Shown: piece by piece, positions 49,331 through 64,000 of the stretch
Layout: each line of letters begins with the position of its first letter
Numbering within the stretch: position 1 is the first letter of the stretch
Source of the DNA: Epiperipatus broadwayi
Taxonomy: Eukaryota > Animalia > Onychophora
Length of the DNA: 64,000 bases
Direction of reading: 5' to 3'
NCBI GenBank assembly: GCA_028023455.1
Contig: JAQFVV010000004.1
Span: 11,966,001-12,030,000 of the forward strand
Program-made: the position numbers and the translations under genes
Notes under the pieces: model-generated
What the model was told of the DNA's origin: nothing
What the model saw: the letters and a program-made list of their open reading frames with translations, nothing else
The model's database searches: none

Positions 49331-50974
49331 ATGACATATATATTTTTTGTTCTTTTTAATAAATTATAATTATTGTATTTTCTAATAATTATTTATAAGT
49401 TTACATATATTATTTTGAAGAAATACAGACATTGATTTTTTAGCATATCAAGTTTGTATTTAAAAAGGCATATTTTTTAAAGATTTATTTTTGATAGTAA
49501 TATTAAATTCTAGAACTAAATATCAGTTATTAGGAGTGAGTTAATATATTACATAGTAATCGTTATGTTTTTTATCTATTATATAATGATAAAATTTTTC
49601 CATAGGAAATTTCATTAAAATGACATTTAAATCCATCACTGTTGGAATAAGAATTTTGCCATTTTTAAATTTCAGAAAGAATTTTACCAACAATTGATAT
49701 TGTTGAATTAAACTTGGTATTACTTATTTTTTTTTAGAAAAATATTCATTGAGTTCCATAATATCTTAATTGATGGTAATTAAATTGTCTGCTTTACTAA
49801 TATCAAAATTGTATGTAACTGATAGCAAAAACATTCTATAGTAGTTAGTTCAGTTTTTCTATATCATTTTTGAGATTTTTATCCATTTTTCTTTGATTTT
49901 TCTTGTTTTATTTGATTGTCTTCAATAAATGTTGGTAAAAAACAGAGTTATCACAATTCTTTCATGTTATCAATCATCTCTTTGTACTCACTGTGACAAG
50001 GGATTACATATTTGTGCAACTGTATTTCCATGCATTGATTAAACATTCAGAAATTTTGATTAAATTTTTATATGCAATTAAATATGAGTTTGCACATATG
50101 CAAATCCATTTGTAATAAAAAATAACTCCCTATATTATACTCTGGTATCAAGATCTTTATTTTCTATATTAAAATTCAAAGATTAATACATTCATTAAAT
50201 AGAATTCAAATAATTTTCATTGAATTATATATCATAATATAATTTATTTAGTCTGCAAGTTATTACTCAATATCAGCATTAAAATACTTTTTATTACCTT
50301 TACAGAAGAGGTTATATAATTTGTCTTCTTTTCTCTCCTTGAATAAGGATTACATAAATTAACATTTCTGAAAAAACTGAATTTATGAATGGAAAATATT
50401 TATAACAATTAATATTATTAGTAAAAATAGTCCAAATTGCTATGCAATATTAGTAACAAATTGTATGAATATCATCCTACTTATTCATAAAATTATTAAC
50501 ATAACATATTAGAGTTGTTTATGATTAGTTTCTTTTAGTATCATCATGCAATACTACTGATGTCCAATAAAAGATATTAGTAACAAGATTTAAAAAAAAA
50601 CAACTTAGTAGATATGAGCTTATAAGATGTATCAATCAATCACCCATAGAAATGGTGAATTTTTGAAGATTAATGAAAAAATAAATGTGTATATAATTGA
50701 AATTCCAAATAATTTATCTTGGCAGAAAAAACTGAAAAAAAAAAAACCTTTAAAATATTAAAAAAAAAAAAAGTTGGAAACTATACATCATCAAAATTTG
50801 GCTAGAATAATAAACACTATATTAATGTTTTGGTAATATTTCTATTTTATACCATCACAATAATTTACACATAATGTAGTCTTAGTTACCACAACAAGAA
50901 GTTAATAATAAATAATGGGTTTATAACTTTCTAGAGTTACGTAGTAAGTAAACAAACATTCTACCATTGGTTTT

Positions 50975-51245
50975 CATTGAAATAGTCAGTTGAATTGTTG
51001 GGAAGGGTGAGAATATTGAAGCCTGTCCATTAAAGTTTAAGGAATTATTATCTTGATATGAGCTGAGCGCTGATTGTATATATGCATGAGAAATTAGGAA
51101 CTGGCCCAACTGAATAGTTCTGGCTCTGCATGAAATATGTATATTGAGGATCATTTTCTTTTTCACATGTGTGGTCATGTGTGCTGTATTGAGATTGAGT
51201 GGAGGATGAATATAGACTGGAAATCCTAAGTTCAAATTCATCTAT
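50975..51245 (+). mobile_element. Family B element, old and decayed
   Basis: gaagcctgtccattaaagt...ggcccaactgaatagttctggctctgcatgaaatatgtatattg...cacatgtgtggtcatgtg aligns to the family consensus. The core is broken. Confidence 0.75.
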
Positions 51246-52782
51246 TTAATTATTTCTTAAAACTAATTAAAATGATTTTTTGGTGAAAATCTGTAATATG
51301 CTGTTAAACTTCTAATGTGCAAAAATAAAACAAAAGATTTTGGATGGATGACTGCTTATTTTAAAAAATTAAAATATAAAGATTGACCACAATTTTTCTT
51401 AAATCACTTTTTACTATATACATATTTACATAAATTTTTTTTTAAAAAATCACCATATTACACATAGCTAGTTGTTATTGTAGCACTTATGTTGTGAATA
51501 TTCTACTTGCTTTATTAATAAGACTATACACAAATTGGCATGTATATGATTATAAATATATTTGAATTACCCAGTATGAAAACTATTCAACCCCCAAATA
51601 TATGAGTATATTGGCAAAAAAAAACGAGATATTCTTAAGAATACGGTAATTTTAAATAAATAACAATTTTTATTCTTAACTTTGTAAAAAGGAAAATCCT
51701 TGTAAGTTATAATCCTACTTTATTGTGCTTAAAACCATCTGAGTGGTCAAGAAGCTTGGTTTATGTAATCACAAAAAAAGAATATGAGTAAGCAAAACAA
51801 AGTGGAATTATCAGCATATATTTAGGAAATATAACACACTCTTTTTCACAAATTGTTGAACATTGGTAAATTCATACTATCATATTTCTACTATATGAAA
51901 TCAAACATTGGTATGAACTTTATTTTTAATTATCCATTTAGAATATTAAAACAGTAATAACCTTTTCTACGCAATAGAGCCATCTAGTGAAAGCTATCAC
52001 AATCAACTGAAAACGTTATTGTTTTTAATTTGGTCTTAGAGTTAACTAAAAGAATAAAGAGTGAGTGCAGGAAGAGTGTGTTAGATTCAAAGCTCTAGGT
52101 GCATTGCTCCTAGATCTAAAGTTTCTTACTAATGAAAACCATAAGCTAGAAATTCGTCTGGCCATATTCAATGAGTATGTACTAGATAGGGATTAAAATG
52201 CACAACATTCTATCACCTATTGATTGTTATAGCTTGAATATTGTGTGGGAAAAACTTGGTACTGTTTTTACAGTTTAGGAAAGCAGATGGAAAGGTAATC
52301 TTGTGATATTTCATTAGAATATTCCTGAATAATTTTCAAGATTTAGTGTATAGTAAGTTTCTCTATTAGTTATACAAACATACTGTTTATTCACTATTCT
52401 CTATTACAAATATCAGGAATATTAATTAAAACATGTCTGTAACTTTACCCTACATATATAAATGGATAAATGCCCAGAACTGTATCTTAAAATAAAATTA
52501 AAAAAAAACCTTCCTTAATATGTTTTATGCATAATTTATATTTGCTTTAATAATTGTGTATTGTTTGATTAATATATATATATATATATAAACATTATCT
52601 AATACTAGACTAAGTAAAGAAAGGGTAAACAGTTTTAAATTGAGATTGAAAACTTTAAAAAAATTCTTCCACTGATGAATAGTTTAAGAAATAGGTCTGA
52701 TATTCTAAGTATAGTTGTTTTATCTTCTACACAATAGTTAATTGCTAATGAAAAAATGAATATATGAGGCAGTTAATAAGGG

Positions 52783-53456
52783 ACTTGTGAGTTTTCCTGT
52801 AAATCAAGATGGCAGCCTGTATTTTTGATAAATATACAGTTTCAAGGGCCTACAATCTACTAAAGATATGTTAGTTGTTAAATTAAAACAAAATTAATAA
52901 ATCTATTGTTAAATTTAAAAAAAAATGAATAAATTTCAATAATTTCATTAAAAAGCTTTATTTCAATTTTTTTTTACTTACATTATAATGTGGGAAGCGA
53001 TGAGACGCTCTTAACATTGCCGTACTTTGGTTCAATTTAGGATGTTTATTTTTGTCAGCAGTTTTTTCTTTTGGTAAATTGTCATAATAAAAAAAAATTG
53101 GGACTTTCCTGTCACAGAATGTGATGCAATAGACTATTTCCAATGGTACAGGATCCTACCCTTTTGAAAAGTGTGTGTGTTTATGGTCATTATATGATTG
53201 TGTGCTGCTGTTATGAATAAAGTATAAATATTGTATTTTTTTTTTTGCATTTTTCTGTTAATAAGTTAATCCAAAAAAATGTCAATAAACTATAAATATT
53301 GTAATTATTTTTTCCACAATGATTTCTTTTTTAAAAAATGATAGCAAATAAAAAATAAAATGTAAATATGACGTTTCCTAATAGGCATTTTTTGTAAACT
53401 GCACATTTATCAAAAATATGGGCTGCCATCTTGGTTTTTTTGGAAAACTCACAAGT
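52783..53456. mobile_element. MITE family C, uninterrupted copy (~674 bp)
   Basis: ~50-bp TIRs acttgtgagttttcc..caagatggcagcc..tttttgataaat. No ORF; TSD not resolved. Confidence 0.9.
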
Positions 53457-56400
53457 ACTATTAATAAATGGGTATATAATAATAAAAATATATTATCTTA
53501 AAGCTAATCTTTATATTTCATTATGTATATATATCCATTTTTTAATATTAAAGGATAACGAATTTTACATAAAATAGAAAAATAAAAGTTTTCTTTATTT
53601 TTCAATAATTATATGAACCTTCTTTTGAGGTCGTTTATAGATTTGCATGTAATCTTTAACATCTATTTTTATAAACAAACTCCAATTAAAATTATATATT
53701 TATATCCAATTAAATGTATATTTGATATATTATATTACGACTGCTCCTGCTACAGCTACTACTACTACTACTACTACTAATAATAATTTATTATATTATC
53801 ATAAAATACAAAATTAATATAACTCCAAACAATGAAATACTTATGTGAGGAGCTATATATATATATATATGTACATACAAAATAATATTAATAATAACAA
53901 TATAACAATTTATATATAATTACAAAATCCCAGTATAAACAATATAGTAAATTACAAAATATTAATCAAAATAACTACATAGAATATAACAAATAGTGCA
54001 AATATTTTTGAAACACAACAAGTGATATGTGGTCAATATATAATGAATAAGTAGAGACAAAAGAATTAAAGAACCTAACACCATTGTAACTGAATTGGCT
54101 GTGATTCATCTCTAGATTAAAACAGGCAATATCAATTGAAAGTTTTTAGCTAAACAAATATTTATTTTAAAAATTTTAGCACATAAAAGAGAATGATGAT
54201 GATATATATCAATAATTATTCTATATTTACACAACCATTACCATAGAAGTTCTGAATGGAAGTTGATTTAGACTTTCCAAAAATAATATACATAATGTAA
54301 TTTTGTAAAACATATAATGAAAGACAATATGCTTTTATAACAAGACTCATAAATAGTTAACAAAACAGATCTAAGCAAATATTTAACTAAATAATAAAGT
54401 AAATAATTAATCTTATGTAACCTAGAACACAAATACACAATATGACTTGACCAAGATAACCTAGAATCAATAAAAACTCCCAATTAACAATAACTGTGAA
54501 CAAAAATAATATTACAATAAGTGTAAATGTTATTTGTAATGAACTCTATATTGGCTACAAATAGAAATATTCAAGGAATAAGAAGCAAATTTATAAGAAA
54601 AAAGAATAGCTCTCATTTTATTAGAATTGACTGTCAATGAATTTAGCATAAGCCAATTACTAATTAAACTAAATCTTTAGTAATCATTTGCTCAAGAAGA
54701 CTATTTGAAATAGCAACAAAGGACAAAGCAATATCATCAGCAATATCATAAATCACTACATTCAAAGGCAAAGCAAAAATAGTAAATCAAAAATAACAGG
54801 GTCAAGTACAGAACCCTGTGGAAGTCCATAATTTATCTACTTGAAATCACGAATACCTTGAATTTTGTTTTCCTTTTTTTTCTGTCATTTAAATAACTTT
54901 TGTAATCGAAAAACAAAGTGACCTCGAAAGCCATATGAATATAAATCACTGAAGAAAAATTTTATGAACAGAGTCAAATGCTTTAAAAAGATCTAAATAT
55001 ATGGCTGCAGTCTTAAGACCATTATCTAACAAGGATGTCAAATTATACACCTGATTATTAAAAGCATCTAAAGTTCTTTTTATAAACCATACTGATGCAC
55101 AAATATCACTACAAGCTCACTTAAGACATCATTTTATCCTTGACTACTATCTCAAACAGTTTAGAAACATTTGAAATAGGTGTGTAGTTGCTGATAAGTA
55201 ATGGGTCATCATTTTTATAGATTGGTGTAATAATGTCAACCTTTAAATACTCAGGAAATAGACCAGCATTTAATGAAAGATTAAACAAATAAACCAAAAC
55301 CGGTAGAAATATAAGCTTATTATCTTTTAAAATTTTTTAACTTAAATTATCCATACCAGAAGATCTCACATTTTTTAAACAATCAATCAAATGAGATAAC
55401 TATACACCAGAAACTTAAGAACAGAAAAAAGATTCGGCAACAGAATCGAAAGTCAAATCATTAATATAAGCTTTCTCCCGTGGCTTTTGTAAAAAGAGAC
55501 AATTAAAAAGTTCAGCAACATATTTTTCATTACCTTTAGCTTTTAATAAGTGATTATTATTTTTAATAAAATCAATTCAATTAGAATATAATCAATGAAT
55601 TAATTTTTTTGCCACTTCAAATAAGTATTTTTGCCTCCGAGGAATTCAATGCAATTACACCCTTTTAATATCAGATTTAATTTTCCTTATTAATCTTTTT
55701 CACATCACCACTACAATGCTTAACATTCATTCTCAAATTAGTTTTTTCAATTAATGACCACTTTCTATTCTTACTAACCAATTTGATACGATCAGTCTCC
55801 TTAGCAACTAAAGAAGAACAATATTTTGTATTTGTGTAAAAGCTAAATCTACCTAAAAGTACAGAAATATTATCCCAAGTCCGATTAGACAATAGATTAG
55901 TTATTTTAGCACGTCATAGTTTATCAACATACAAATGAATATCTGATTTATTATGAGGGAAAATTTCACAATGATCCACAATGGCTACATCAGATAAACT
56001 TGATTCCTAATTAAAATATTTACTACGTCTAACAAATATATGATCAAAGATTTGCACATCTGTGTTACACATGTAGACAAAACAAATTAGCTTACTAAAA
56101 TTGTAACTATATAACAAATTCAAACATCTACCAGAATCATTTTTCTCTTTAATTAGCAAATCAATATTTAAATCACCAATAAATACTGCAGAAGATGAAT
56201 CCATCTTAAATAGAAAAGATTCAAATTCATTTATAAAAGATAGATTAGAGCTAGTACATGTTCTATACAAAGTAATTAAAAAAAAATTCCCATGAGGAAA
56301 AGTAGAAAAGTAGATGTAACCAATACAGATTCAACAGTATCAAATACTGGGATATAATATATATAACTCAAGCCAATTTTGAAAAAAATTTATTACACCT

Positions 56401-57054
56401 CCAGAACACGAGCAAGTCCATGGTGTGATAATACTAATATAACTTTCCAGTTTATATAAATGCTGTTCCTCAACTGAGATCCTTGATTCAGTCAAAATAA
56501 TGCCATAGAAACAAAATGGAAAATCACAAATAAATAATTAAATCATCAAAATGTGAAGTAAACTATGAATATTCAGCTGAAAAATATTAAAATCATTTTT
56601 ACAAATATGAAATAAATTAGACCATTCACATGGACATAAATTTCACAAAGACAATAAATCAGCTTCATTCTTAATTAAAATTCAGGGTAAATTGAAATCA
56701 TTTCTCATGTAAAAGAAACCATTGTAAATAAATGCTATTCCCTTCTGCTCCCATATTTTTTGCTGTTTTGTTAACTTCTAATGACAAAATATCAAATACA
56801 GATATAACAGTTTTTCTCTTAAGTCAAAATGATCTTGCCAAATTATAGGAAGCAAAATGAACAACTACAAGTCCTGGTTTTTCAGAATTACTTTTTGTAT
56901 GAATATTTTTTTCTATATCATTTCTAAAAAAATTTCCAACCTCAAGTTTTATTCCTATTTTGAAATAATTTTTGGCAAATCTTGGACTATCTTGTAATTT
57001 GATTTCATTATCCATTTGATGCCTTTCCGAAGTTTCAATACTATTCTTCAAACA

Positions 57055-59319
57055 TTAATAGACAGGCTTCAATCTATTCCAACCTCCAACTTTTCAGCCA
57101 TCCATATCATTGAAAATCTGATGATGAAAACCCAAATCTCATACTGATGCCATGTGGATAGATAGGAGGTGCTTGAGAATCTCTGAGTTCAAATCCCCTA
57201 TATTTACAATTAAGCTCCAGGTTTCTGAAGAGTGCCTGGTTTTCAAATATTTACACATCAAGCTTGTATCCTGCCCATCCCTCTTCTATGTATTTATATG
57301 GATAAGGTCCTATACATGAGGAGTTAGAATGACTTGAAGTCAACATGGGCATGGCAATAATATTGGCATCACCATGGGATTTGGATTTTCATCATCAGAT
57401 TTTAAATGATATGGATGGCTGAAAAGTTGGAAGTTGGAGTAGATTGAAGCCTGTCCATTAAAGTATGATTTGCTATCTTAATATATATATATATTGTACC
57501 ATTTATTTATATATATGGTACAAATTACTATTTAATATTGCGTATCATTTAAATAAAAAAAGAGAGAACCCGATCTTTAATTTTTTTTTGTAATATAATG
57601 TTGTTTTAAGAAAAACGTACAGTGAAAGTTTAATTTTTCTTTTTTAATATAAGTTAACTAAAATAAATTCAATGTTGGAAAGTGCATACTGAATAATTGA
57701 TTCAAATAGTGAAAGGAAATTTCAAAGGTAAAAGATTGCTATCAGAAACAACTTCCTGATAGTAATTAAAAATGGCAGAAATTCATAACGAGAAAAGAGA
57801 CTTTGTAATAAAAAATGAGGAATAATGTAGAAGTTTTGAATATGCGCAGAACTTCGAAAAAGAATCTGGGGATATAAAAGGGGCCGACAGGTTTCAAAGG
57901 TGTCTTTTTGTCTTATTGTTCTAGAGTATTGAGCAATTTGAAGTGCCACATATTTTTTTTATACAAAAAAAAAATATTAATAAAATGTGTCCACTTGGAT
58001 ACGAACTGAAATCGCTTGCCATGAGTGAGTAGAACTCTATCATTTGCCGACACTTTCTCTCGAGAAAAGTCACCTAGATCATCGTCTGTCTCTACCTAAA
58101 TTTGACCGGAGATTTGGAAGAAGTAAAATTAAAAAAAAAAACAGCTACTGCGGACTACCCACTGACTGAATTGGATGTCGGAGGATCAATGACCTACTTA
58201 AGTACCAACTTATCGGTAAGTTAATGGCCATAACTTTTACATAAAGCTTTATGAATAGATATTTGAATGAAATGTTATCCCTTAATTTTTTTTGATTGAA
58301 AGATTTGTGAACTGAGAAGTGAACGAAACTGTTACCATGGAAAAATAAGACACCAACTAGTTATTACTTCAATATTTGAATCAAATTATTAAATTCATAT
58401 GCGCAATACTTTCCAATATTATAATTTTGTCTTAATCATAAATATTAAATGTTTGATGGACTAGAATAAATCTTTATTATTAGCTTAACTTTCATTGTAC
58501 GTGTATAAAATTAATGTTATTATATTTAAGTTTTATATTTAGTTATTGAAATTCAAATTAGTATACAAATTACCTTTGCTAAATAGATTTATTTTTCTTA
58601 ATTAAGTCAAAGGGGAATATCTTCTACTTAATGGGAATTTTAATCCAGATCGTATAATTATTACTTTATGAGTTACAATATGTTTGATGCAGACTCAGTG
58701 GGTCTAACGACTCTGGCACCCTCATGTAGAAATTAAAAACTGATTCAGCTCACAATTATACTCGGGTAATAATTCTAGGCTGGGCTGATCAGGAAAGATA
58801 GTTATGTTTTTAGAATAATAATGAAACGTTCTTCTTTTTTTGAAATAAAATAAATAAACATTTATTTTCCTTTTACATAACTTGATCAACTCGCGCATTT
58901 ATAATGTGTATAGAGGCCTAGAAATACGGAAAACGTTACAATATATATATGGGAGATGATAATCTGGACCAACTGATGAGTGCTGGTGTAGCATGAAATA
59001 CACATATATTGGTGATTATTTATTTTTTGCTACATGTGTGTAGTCATGTGTATCAGTTGCATGAGATAGTGTGGATAGATGGAGGTACTTGAAAATCTGA
59101 GTTCAAATCCTTTATATTTACAATTAAGCTCTAGGTTTGTGAAGAGTGTCTGGTTTTCAAATATTTACATATCAAGCTTGTATCCTGCCCATCCCTCTTC
59201 TATGTATTTAAATGGATAAGTCCTACACATGAGGGATTAGAGTGACTTGAAGTCAACATGGGCATGGCAATAATATTGGCATTAGCATGGGGTTTGGGTT
59301 TTCATCAGATTTTCAATGA
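57055..59319 (+). mobile_element. Family B HHR element (~1.4 units plus inverted 5' piece) inserted in the LINE, 13-bp TSD; HHR at 58969-59012
   Basis: TSD tattcttcaaaca (57042-57054) / tattcttccaaca (59320-59332). 57055-57140 is the inverse of ~57372-57460. gtggataga occurs at 57154 and 59071, a period of 467 bp after removing the nested insert. Confidence 0.85.
57495..58940 (+). mobile_element. Probable solo LTR (1446 bp) inserted into the (TA)n of the family B element
   Basis: TGTA...TACA termini with atat on both sides. TATAAAAG at 57873, AATAAA near 58845-58857, CpG-rich interior. Family B sequence is continuous across it. Confidence 0.55.
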
Positions 59320-60199
59320 TATTCTTCCAACAAGAAATATCCCTTTCAAATGTATTAAAAACAACAGATATACATACAAGATCACAATTATTTCTGTCAA
59401 CATTTTGACATAAAATATCGATATCAGCCTGTAGTTTCATAATCGTTTGAGTAAGTTCTGATAAAGTATTATGAATTACAGGCAATAACTTGAACTTATC
59501 CGTAATTTCTTGCAAAGTTAAATTTGATGAATCATCCAAAACAGATGAATTTAAATCCATATGACTAAAAGGGTGACTGTTAGAATCTCTACAAAAAGAA
59601 CATCTCTACGCTTGGCTTTTTTCCCCAATAATATATGCCCATAAGTATTTTCTGATAATATTGAGCTCATGCAATGCATATAACTATTCCACCCACAGCA
59701 AAAAATAATATTGCAATTAGCAGTTAACAAATTATCAAAAATACTGCACGTAGCCATTAGAAGTTATGTCTTTAATCCAATGTAAGAAAATATAACTCAA
59801 TATAATAGATAGAAAATTATAAAAGAAAATATAACTCAATATAATAGATTAAAAATAATAAAAGTAATGATAAACTATTTAATAATAATAACAATAATAA
59901 TAATAACAACAACAGTTCAGTAGAAAGCTGTTCACCTGCATAGAACAGGTTTCTAGCTCTATTTGAAATAGTCTCAAAGTACTTTAAATACCAAGATGAC
60001 AAGGTAAAATTCTTATCTATATACAGTTATTATAATTTTTAATCAACCAATTACTTTTTTTTTTCATTTCTGCCAATTTTTTTATTAAAAATTTTATAAA
60101 AATTATTACATTTAATCGTTTAATCAAGGTCAAATATGGCAATGGATCTATTTCATGACCATATATCTCCTATTATATTATGAAATCTGAAGATCAAAG

Positions 60200-63100
60200 T
60201 CCAGATTTTAATTAAATATATCAGAACTTTATTAGCCACAATGTGGAAATTCTTCATAGCAACAAGGACATAATTTCTAATAAAATCAACAGCTTCAGAG
60301 AAAAAAATCCAAATTCTAAGCAAACATACAGAAATGTCATCAAGAGGAATGAACAAATTCTCCATGGTAACCAAAGTATAGATTCAGATAATATTACTCA
60401 AATTATAAATATTAATAATCCTCAAAATAACAAGGATATAATCTCAAATAATATCAATAGCTGAAGAAACCAAAGTCCAAATCCCAATCAAACAGATGGA
60501 AATATTAGCGGTGGTGCACAAATTTTCCAGGTCAATGAGGATATAGGTTCAAATGGTATTACTGGCTCCAAAGGTCAAAGTACAACTTCTAAAAAAACAT
60601 ATGCTAAAGTCATCAGCAGCAATGTACAAACATGCTAATGTCATCAGCAATAAAGTACAAACATTGCATAGTAACGACAATGTAATCCCAAGTACTCCAA
60701 GGTCACTTCCACATTTTCGCAAAATTACTCTCAGTGACATCACAGATTTGGATTTATATATACAACAGCTTCATCCCCCTTCCACCATTGACTGGACATT
60801 AGAAATACTAGCAAATATTAGTGACAGATTTCTTAGCACTATCTCCTGAGGTCTTTATAGAGCATTTAATAGATTTTTTCTGATGCTATCAGTCACTAAT
60901 ATGAATGTATCTCTATAAGTTCCCTTGGCAACTTCTCTAAGACACCATTACAATGCATGGGATGTGGGATTCAATCAGCAGATAGTTACTCATCCAAATT
61001 CTAGTTACCTAGTGATTGAATATTTTCAGGTTACCCAAAGGGAGCACTTCAAATGTCAAACAAAAACATTTGGAAACTGTGCTGATAACAGTTTATCCAA
61101 ATCAGAATAACTGCATTACTGGGGGGTTGAAGAATACTTACTTTGAATATCAATCACACAAGATTCCAATGGATGATGCAGCCCTATGATATCTTTTTTT
61201 AATCCAATTCTTTTCAACTATACAATTGTACTTAGTCCAGGCAACAGTTATGAATTCAAAATTTAAATGCATCCAGAGATTGGCTTCCAAATACAATCCC
61301 TACCCAAATTCTTGACCAAGAAGCAACTTTATGTTTATACATTCATGGTCTAAAGCCTCAACCCTATGCCTGTGGAGAGAGGGATCATCTTGCCAACTCA
61401 GTGCTTCAACCTACCAGCCCCACATTCATCAACAATTGTCCCTAAAACAAATTTGCAAACAACCAGTTATCAATTACAATATAGCTACTCTTCCACTGGG
61501 GCCTGTAACAACAACCAGTCTGATGGTTCAACAACCTCCTGGATAGCTCTGCATCCCACCCCAGATGGTGAATTCATGTTAATGGATTCCAGACTCATAC
61601 CAGAACAAATGCTTAAGTCTGACCACACTGTCTATGCACAGTCAACTTTACATTCAGAATCTAGTCAATATAATACCCACCCTGATGCAAAAAGAATGTA
61701 AGGCTATAGCACAAATGCCCAGCCTCCTCTTCAGATGGATCTACATCAAATCACAGCACAGAATCAACACATTATAGGAAATAAAATTCAATAAATATTA
61801 TGGAAACAATTGCACCATGTCTATCACCTTACCACTTCTTCCTCCACACCAACTCCTAATGAAAGCAAGCATGCCTAAGAAAAATCACCAACAAAAAAAA
61901 ACAAAAATTAAATGTTTCATACCACCTATCACTCATCAATGAGATTACTGACAACCCCTACAAGACCATGCAAACCACCACCTCATTGTACCACCATGAT
62001 AACTCACCTTCCTCACCCTCCAAACCAGAACCAACATGATCCCAACATGACCCTCTCTCCAAACAAACTGATCAATCACCCTCAGTAGAAATTGATCAAC
62101 AAACAATCGCACCCACTGATTCTCCACATTAGAACAACCAAATGCCATTTCACAGTTTTCAAAATACACCCTCTGTCATCATTAACTCTTTTTATACTCC
62201 ATGAAACTAAAAATAACAGGGCTCAATATCTGCAGCTTCAATTCACCATCAATGCAATTGGATTACTATCATTCAACCTCATCTCAGATTACTGAAAACC
62301 AAAGTATACAGAGGATCTCAAATTGACCCTGCTGACTACCTCAATAGACATGGCTTCTGTGCTTGCTCCAAAGAGACTTCATTGCCATCAGCAGACACTG
62401 GTATTCTCATCATCTTTGATTGCCCATTCAAGACATTTAAAATTTTATATATTGATGAACACTTATTAATTACCACTTTTCACCACCCTGCAGTAGTACT
62501 AAACATTGTATTCATCTATATTTCCCGTGACTTTACAGACACCACATATATCATCCAAATCATCAATTCAGTTCTTACAACTAACCCACACCCAACTATA
62601 TTAATGGATTATTTTAATCTGAATTGTCTAACTTTTATAAATAAATAGCTTCATCTCTTAAATGTCCCACTAATGAGTGCACATGGTTTTTTATCACCTA
62701 GTTCAATCACTTTTCACAACAACTGGCATGCCACACTCATCAACTTATATTTTTACTCTCCAATGTTGCATCACTTAATATAACCTAATCTTAAATCCAC
62801 TCCATTCAAGACCACTCTGCCCAAGCAGTCACACTTAATCATAATGAACTCCTTGCAACATCCATTCAATTATGTAAAGCAATGCACATGATTCTTTCCT
62901 CAACTATTGAGTTCATGTTTTCTGAATCCTATAACATGTTAAACAAGCTACTTTAAATAGCTTTAGACATAATTCAAAAGTATCTTGCCCTCACACACAT
63001 TATCATTTAATATACAACACTTAACACAACAGCCCCTTCTCACCGCTGCATCTTCTAACATTGGCCGATAAGTTTCATAAGGAAACAGACACTACTAAGT

Positions 63101-64000
63101 CATCCAACAAACACATCACAGTTACTCAGGCTTACTAAAATTTACCACCATGTCTGTAAACAGTTGAAGGATGATTGTGTAATCAAAAGAAAAATTTTCC
63201 TAACCCAGCAGCACACACATTAATCTAAGAGTATACATACACTGGGCATTTGATCATCAATCCTCATCATTCCTATGGCACTTCAAACTGACATGGACAT
63301 AATTTGATCCACCATATAACCCTGTACTTTAAAAATAAACATCAGACCCATGATGCATTCACTCTATCAGTACACTGTTCTGGATGACTGGAAACTACTA
63401 TGCATTTCCAAATCAGCCAATGTGCCACTAAACTTGCTACTATTGAAAACTCATAACTTTGATCCTCTTGGAATTCATGCATTCATATGAAGTTATCTTA
63501 ATTATTTCAATATACTATATATCCTGATCTGGCCAATATTCTATCCAAGGTTTGTATTCAATTGCCATTGAGACTTTCATTAAAGAACTTCAGGCACATC
63601 TGATCTAACCAACCTCTGGACTATCTCCATGAACCCACCAGCCATTAAAATACCTAAAAAAGTAATCAAAGACAAAATTGAGCCACACATCCATTATTAT
63701 CACATCTACAATTTGCCTAAAAAGGCTTTTCCACCAGGCAAGCAGTACTTCTTATATTTATGACAATTCTAAGCTAGTTCAAAAATAAAAACCAGTCCCA
63801 TCACAATCTAGCCTGATATACAAGCAGCGTTTATTTCTGTATCAAGTAACCTACTTATTCAAGTGATCACTATCACCACCATCTCATTGACTCTGTTATA
63901 CCAAGTCACTAAGTTCCTTCTGAATCACGAGTTGCATATTACTGTTAATGGTAGAAATTCTCCATCCTTCAATACCATGCAGTCAATCTCACAAGGTTTA
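60200..64000 (+). mobile_element. Highly degenerate LINE (zinc-knuckle ORF1, APE, RT), running off the window
   Basis: Knuckle relic YACGERDHLANS (~61360-61400); APE-like LHETK and TILMDYFNL; RT-like ILSKV (~63540) and VNGRNSPSFNTMQSISQG at the window end. Many stops. Confidence 0.6.

Larger units (their letters stand above)
54200..59760 (-). mobile_element. Degenerate CR1/L2-group LINE (PHD-ORF1, APE, RT), interrupted at 57055-59319
   Basis: PHD relic MATCSIF..FCCGW..MHC (59551-59757); ORF1 pieces at 59282-59560 and 56824-57051. APE FIGDLNIDLL and DHIFV; RT DLFKAFD, GLPQGSVL, IADD and GVFIDSRLSWSSHI. Confidence 0.85.

Noticed and set aside
57772-57980. Coding-looking MAEIHNEKRDFVIKNEE*CRSFEYAQ.. 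suggesting TAA read-through or an alternative genetic code
   Set aside because: The long LINE ORFs are open under the standard code and end at TAA/TAG; the stretch lies in a probable LTR.

Overview
This is very AT-rich, visibly CpG-poor eukaryotic (probably animal) DNA with no host gene I can call confidently. It is a nested graveyard of retroelements and MITEs. (1) One non-coding ~465-490 bp unit ('family B', at least 7 loci) carries a minimal type-I hammerhead ribozyme (HHR) with a palindromic stem III. It occurs as >1-unit tandems and inserts with 12-13 bp target-site duplications (TSDs) and fold-back 5' ends, i.e. a retrozyme-like system. (2) Several further fold-back (palindromic) insertions each carry a different HHR or HHR relic pointing outward. 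Three Penelope-like (PLE) remnants also end in HHR relics and are the likely autonomous partner class. One HHR has an apparent A3-U8 compensatory core. (3) A near-intact CR1-type LINE (two PHD fingers in ORF1; APE-RT ORF2) has its 5' part inverted in twin-priming geometry between (TAA)n tracts. (4) There is a three-level nest (LINE, then HHR element, then probable solo LTR), a Merlin-like TIR element, a MITE family, a young tRNA-only mini-SINE and fragments of RTE, L1/Tx1, Ingi-like and other LINEs. All alignments and folds were done by eye; boundaries marked approximate may be off by tens of bases.
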